Shown here: positions 60,544 through 64,000 of the stretch, piece by piece | Layout: every line of letters starts with the position of its first letter | How positions within the stretch are numbered: position 1 is the first letter of the stretch | From: an uncultured Pseudomonadales bacterium | GTDB lineage: Bacteria; Patescibacteriota; Microgenomatia; UBA1400; PJMF01 | Length of the DNA stretch: 64,000 bases | Direction of reading: 5' to 3' | Assembly: GCA_964633875.1 (NCBI GenBank) | Contig: CAZWKL010000001.1 | Coordinates: forward strand, 53,530 to 117,529 | Notes under the pieces: generated by a model | Databases searched by the model: none | What the model was told of the DNA's origin: nothing | What the model saw: the letters and a program-made list of their open reading frames with translations, nothing else | Translations under genes and position numbers: made by a program

Positions 60544-61638
60544 TTATAATTTGATTTCTTCCGCGATAAATTCGTCAAGATTACCGTCTAAAACACCGGC
60601 TGTATCGCTGGTTTCCACCTGGGTGCGGGTGTCTTTGACCAGATGATAAGGATGAAGGACGTAATTGCGAATTTGGTTGCCCCAACTGGCTTGGTGATGC
60701 TCGCCTTTTTCTTCTTTGAGTTCGCGGTCCAGTCTGGCTTCTTCCAGTTTGGCCAGCTGAGCCTTGAGTTTTTGCAGGGCGCGCTGCTTGTTTTGCACTT
60801 GCGTTCTTTCTTCCCGGCACTTGACCGTAATGCCGGTAGGCAAGTGGGTGAGCTCAACGGCGGTGGCTACTTTGTTGACATTTTGGCCGCCGGCGCCGCC
60901 CGCCCGGGAAAAATTCCAGGAGAGATCGTTTTCGTTGAGCTCGATTTCGTCCGAAGTTTCGTCAATCAGCGGCAGCACTTCTACCAGGGCAAAAGAAGTT
61001 TGGCGCAAGTTGTCGGCGTTAAAGGGACTTTGCCGCACCAGCCGGTGAGTGCCGGCCTCGCCCTTGAGGTAACCATAAGCGTAGTCCGCCTCAACCGCGT
61101 ACTCTGCCGCCTTAATGCCGGCTTCTTCCCCTCTGGACTCAGAGAGCAGGGTGTACTGCCAGTTTTTTTTGTCGAAGTAGCGCAGGTACATCCGGCGCAG
61201 CATCTCCGCCCAGTCCATAGCTTCAGTGCCGCCTTGCCCGGAGTGAACGGACAGAATGGCGCCGTTTTCGTCGAACTCGCCACTCAAGTAATGCCTCAGT
61301 TCCAGCTCTTTCAAGCCGGACTCCAGTTTTTTTAAGGTTTGTTGGAACTCTTGGTTGAGCTCTTCGTTTTCGTTGGCTGCCTCGCCTAGTAGCTCGAGGT
61401 AAGCTTGGGTGTCTTGGGTGAGGTTTTGTACTCGGTCAAAAAGCTCGATTTTATTTTTAAGACTGGCCAGCCGCCTCATGATGGCTTTGGCTTCCGGTTG
61501 CTGCCAAAAGTCGGGCGCGTAAGTTTGTTTTTCCAGTTCTTGAACTTGGTTTTTGAAGCTGGACAAGTCGCCGGTGTTTAAGTACTGCTCGGCTTTTTCG
61601 ATCAGCAGGGTGGCGGCTTCTCTTGGCAATGAGTTCAT
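60544..61638 (-). CDS. prfB: Peptide chain release factor 2
   Basis: SPF anticodon motif, [11 protein letters not shown]; continuous ORF. Confidence 0.97.
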   Translation of the reverse strand: MNSLPREAATLLIEKAEQYLNTGDLSSFKNQVQELEKQTYAPDFWQQPEAKAIMRRLASLKNKIELFDRVQNLTQDTQAYLELLGEAANENEELNQEFQQTLKKLESGLKELELRHYLSGEFDENGAILSVHSGQGGTEAMDWAEMLRRMYLRYFDKKNWQYTLLSESRGEEAGIKAAEYAVEADYAYGYLKGEAGTHRLVRQSPFNADNLRQTSFALVEVLPLIDETSDEIELNENDLSWNFSRAGGAGGQNVNKVATAVELTHLPTGITVKCREERTQVQNKQRALQKLKAQLAKLEEARLDRELKEEKGEHHQASWGNQIRNYVLHPYHLVKDTRTQVETSDTAGVLDGNLDEFIAEEIKL

Positions 61639-61643
61639 ACGAG

Positions 61644-63335
61644 TTATTGTAACACTAGGTCTGGCATTTGCAGCAGAGTGTCGGTTTCCAGGTTAAACTC
61701 GATTTCCTGGTTTGGGGTGGTGATTTTGACCGGAATGGTCCTAATGCCGGGCTGTTTTTGGATGGCTAACTGGGTGGGAGAGTTTGAGGTAGCGGCAGGC
61801 TTTTTCAGGTGAATTTTAAGTTGGCCGGAGCTATTTTCCGGCAAAGTAAGCAGAAAACCGATTTGTTTTAACTTGGTGTTTTCGGGGGTGGTGATAAAAG
61901 TGGTGTCAAAGTTGGTAATGGCCTGATCTTGATACTCAACTTTTTCCACTTCCCAGGCGGCTGGTAGCAGCACTCGCTGATAATTAACATAACCGTTGTG
62001 CGGCGCTTCCTGGATCGAGCTGCTGGCCTCAATCAAAAAAATTTCTTGTTGAGTTTTGGGCTGATTATGGTTGGTAAAGTTGATGTTGAGTTGCATTGCT
62101 GCCGGCTGCCAGACAAGATCATAGTTTCTGGTAATACCGACATTGGCTTTGTTGATGCCGACATTTGACTCAAGCAAGTAAAAGTACTCTTCTGCCTGGT
62201 AATTGTTGAGCCGGCCCGAAGCACCCAAGGCCTCAATGGCTGGCTGAAGGGCCTCGTTGGGGCTGTAGGCCAGCAGTTGCTTGGTGTTGATACCGTTGAG
62301 AAGAATTTGCCCTGCTTCCAACTTTTTTTCGTTTGGCAACTGAGTGAGCGCCAGCTGAAATTGCAACCAAGCCAGTTCCAGCAAGTGCTTTTTTTGAGCG
62401 CTGCCGGGAAAGAAAGTGTCGCGACCCGAGCGCAGAGCGGTGCTAAGGGATTCCGGTGTTAGGTTGGTGTCGTAGTCTAGGACCCGCACCGGCCCGGTCA
62501 TGGCCAGCAAGTCTTCAACCAAAGGCAAATTAAGAGCTACCATGCCGCCAAGATGCTTTTTGCCGGCAATTTCAAAGAAATCCAGCATCTGTTGGCCGCT
62601 TTCCCGAAAATCGGCTTGCCAGTTGGCATCGGGTAATCTCAAACCTTTATTTCCGGCCAAGTACTCCCGCACTCCCGGTGGTGGCTCTATATATCCCGTA
62701 AACTGGCCGTCGGCATCATAAATGTCTTCCACCACTAGGTTAGTAATTCGGCCATTTTCCATCGTTACCAAGGCATAGGAGCCGGGAAAACCACCCGTTG
62801 CCCTTAGCTCATCGCTGTTTTGCAGCACCACTACCCAAGCTTGGCTGTTTTGACTCAAGTAGTTGAGCAGAGCAGTGACTGCCGTCAGTTTTTGCTGGTA
62901 TGCTTTGAAATCGTGGTTTTTTAGCAGCGGCCGCAAGATTACCGCTCTATCCAGATTTGTCAGCAAAGGTTGTAAATCTGGCTCAACTTGATTAAGCAAC
63001 CGGGCGGCCGCTGCTAAATCCAGCACCACTTCAGGCTCGTTGGCCGGCAGTACTTCAGCCAACTGCTCTTGCAACTCAGGCCACTGTTTGAGTAACCGCA
63101 GGCTGTTTTTCCAAACCTCAACCACTGGTACCCGGCGCAGAGAAACCACCGACAAAACTTCAACTCCCGGCGCGGCCACTTTTCCCCACCCAACAGCGCC
63201 ATCAAGATCGTTACTTTGCCAGCGCTGCACCGCTACACCACTGGCCGCGCCGGCCAATAAAACCAGCACACCTAGCAAAACCACCAGCGTCAAAGCAATT
63301 TTTCGCCCAATAGGCACAAATAATTGAAAATTCAT
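61644..63335 (-). CDS. DUF4012-domain membrane-anchored protein
   Basis: [33 protein letters not shown]. Confidence 0.85.
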   Translation of the reverse strand: MNFQLFVPIGRKIALTLVVLLGVLVLLAGAASGVAVQRWQSNDLDGAVGWGKVAAPGVEVLSVVSLRRVPVVEVWKNSLRLLKQWPELQEQLAEVLPANEPEVVLDLAAAARLLNQVEPDLQPLLTNLDRAVILRPLLKNHDFKAYQQKLTAVTALLNYLSQNSQAWVVVLQNSDELRATGGFPGSYALVTMENGRITNLVVEDIYDADGQFTGYIEPPPGVREYLAGNKGLRLPDANWQADFRESGQQMLDFFEIAGKKHLGGMVALNLPLVEDLLAMTGPVRVLDYDTNLTPESLSTALRSGRDTFFPGSAQKKHLLELAWLQFQLALTQLPNEKKLEAGQILLNGINTKQLLAYSPNEALQPAIEALGASGRLNNYQAEEYFYLLESNVGINKANVGITRNYDLVWQPAAMQLNINFTNHNQPKTQQEIFLIEASSSIQEAPHNGYVNYQRVLLPAAWEVEKVEYQDQAITNFDTTFITTPENTKLKQIGFLLTLPENSSGQLKIHLKKPAATSNSPTQLAIQKQPGIRTIPVKITTPNQEIEFNLETDTLLQMPDLVLQ

Positions 63336-63366
63336 CAACTCAAGTATACATCAATATGTGTCAAGC

Positions 63367-64000
63367 CTAACGATAGACAGCCTGAGTAATCTGGTCGCCT
63401 TGGCTCAATTGAGTCACCACGTCCATGCCCGAGGTCACCCGGCCAAAAACCGCGTGCTTGCCGTCCAACCACGGCGTAGCCTCCAGAGTGATAAACACCT
63501 GGCTGCCACCGGTATTAGGGCCGCTGTTAGCCATCGACAAAATGCCGGCGCCATCATGTTTCAACTCCGGATGAAACTCGTCGGCAATAGCATAGCCCGG
63601 GCCGCCGGTTCCCCATCCAGCCTCAGTGCCGGCTTCTTTGGTGAGCGGATCGCCAAACTGAACCACAAAATCCGGCACTACCCGGTGGATCACAATGCCG
63701 TCATAATACCCACTCTTGACCAAATTCAGGAAATTGGTCGTTGTCAGCGGCGCCTGTTCAGTGAAAAGCTCAATCACCACTTCGCCTTTAGTAGTGGTCA
63801 GCACCACTTGGCTGGCCACAATTTGTTCAAAATCCTCCAAATTTTTCAAGGCTTTATTAGGCATAAGACTACCTCCGTTATTCTGTTGATAATTGATATT
63901 ATTGCCCTCGATATCCGTTTCTAAACTGTAGCTTTCAGAATCACTAAAGGTCAACTCATTTGGTTCCGGTTGAGGCGGAGTACAAGCAGACAAAACCAAA
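63367..64000 (-). CDS. Cyclophilin-type peptidyl-prolyl isomerase, lipoprotein-like N-terminus (5' end outside window)
   Basis: HRVVPDFVVQ.GDP, LSMANSGPNTGGSQ.FI, WLDGKH.VFG; LSAC lipobox at window edge. Confidence 0.93.
   Translation of the reverse strand, partial: LVLSACTPPQPEPNELTFSDSESYSLETDIEGNNINYQQNNGGSLMPNKALKNLEDFEQIVASQVVLTTTKGEVVIELFTEQAPLTTTNFLNLVKSGYYDGIVIHRVVPDFVVQFGDPLTKEAGTEAGWGTGGPGYAIADEFHPELKHDGAGILSMANSGPNTGGSQVFITLEATPWLDGKHAVFGRVTSGMDVVTQLSQGDQITQAVYR

Noticed and set aside
60643-61335. 230 aa plus-strand ORF
   Set aside because: Antisense to prfB, no recognisable motifs
61560-61638. Programmed +1 frameshift in prfB
   Set aside because: ORF is continuous with no CTT-TGA site; absence is common
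51330-63366. TTGACA with short (10-12 nt) spacing to -10 boxes at a few genes
   Set aside because: Too few cases in AT-rich spacers to claim a non-standard promoter architecture
63358-63924. 188 aa plus-strand ORF
   Set aside because: Antisense shadow of the cyclophilin gene

Overview
Chromosomal segment of a Patescibacteria/CPR bacterium, most likely Microgenomates-like. This is inferred from the missing rpmD (uL30), the AlaRS lacking C-Ala, and the DUF4012, sortase and baseplate-J-like genes. 1-6.1 kb (+): alaS, a large single-pass membrane protein, sortase, yqgF/ruvX, mltG. 6.3-35 kb (+): one uninterrupted rpoBC-str-S10-spc-alpha-rplM/rpsI cluster, with many r-proteins carrying Lys-rich tails. 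35-55 kb (-): an ABC locus with six permeases and one ATPase, HU, VanZ, a lamin-tail-domain protein, then an AT-richer block (twin-Arg protein, GT-C-like protein, GT2, lipoprotein, divergent SecA paralog, small Cys-rich surface protein). 55-56.8 kb (+): RhuM and decayed toxin-antitoxin genes. 56.8-64 kb (-): cyclophilin, DUF4012, prfB, and ftsEX with a partner whose M23 peptidase domain is circularly permuted. No rRNA, tRNA, CRISPR or IS element was recognised.
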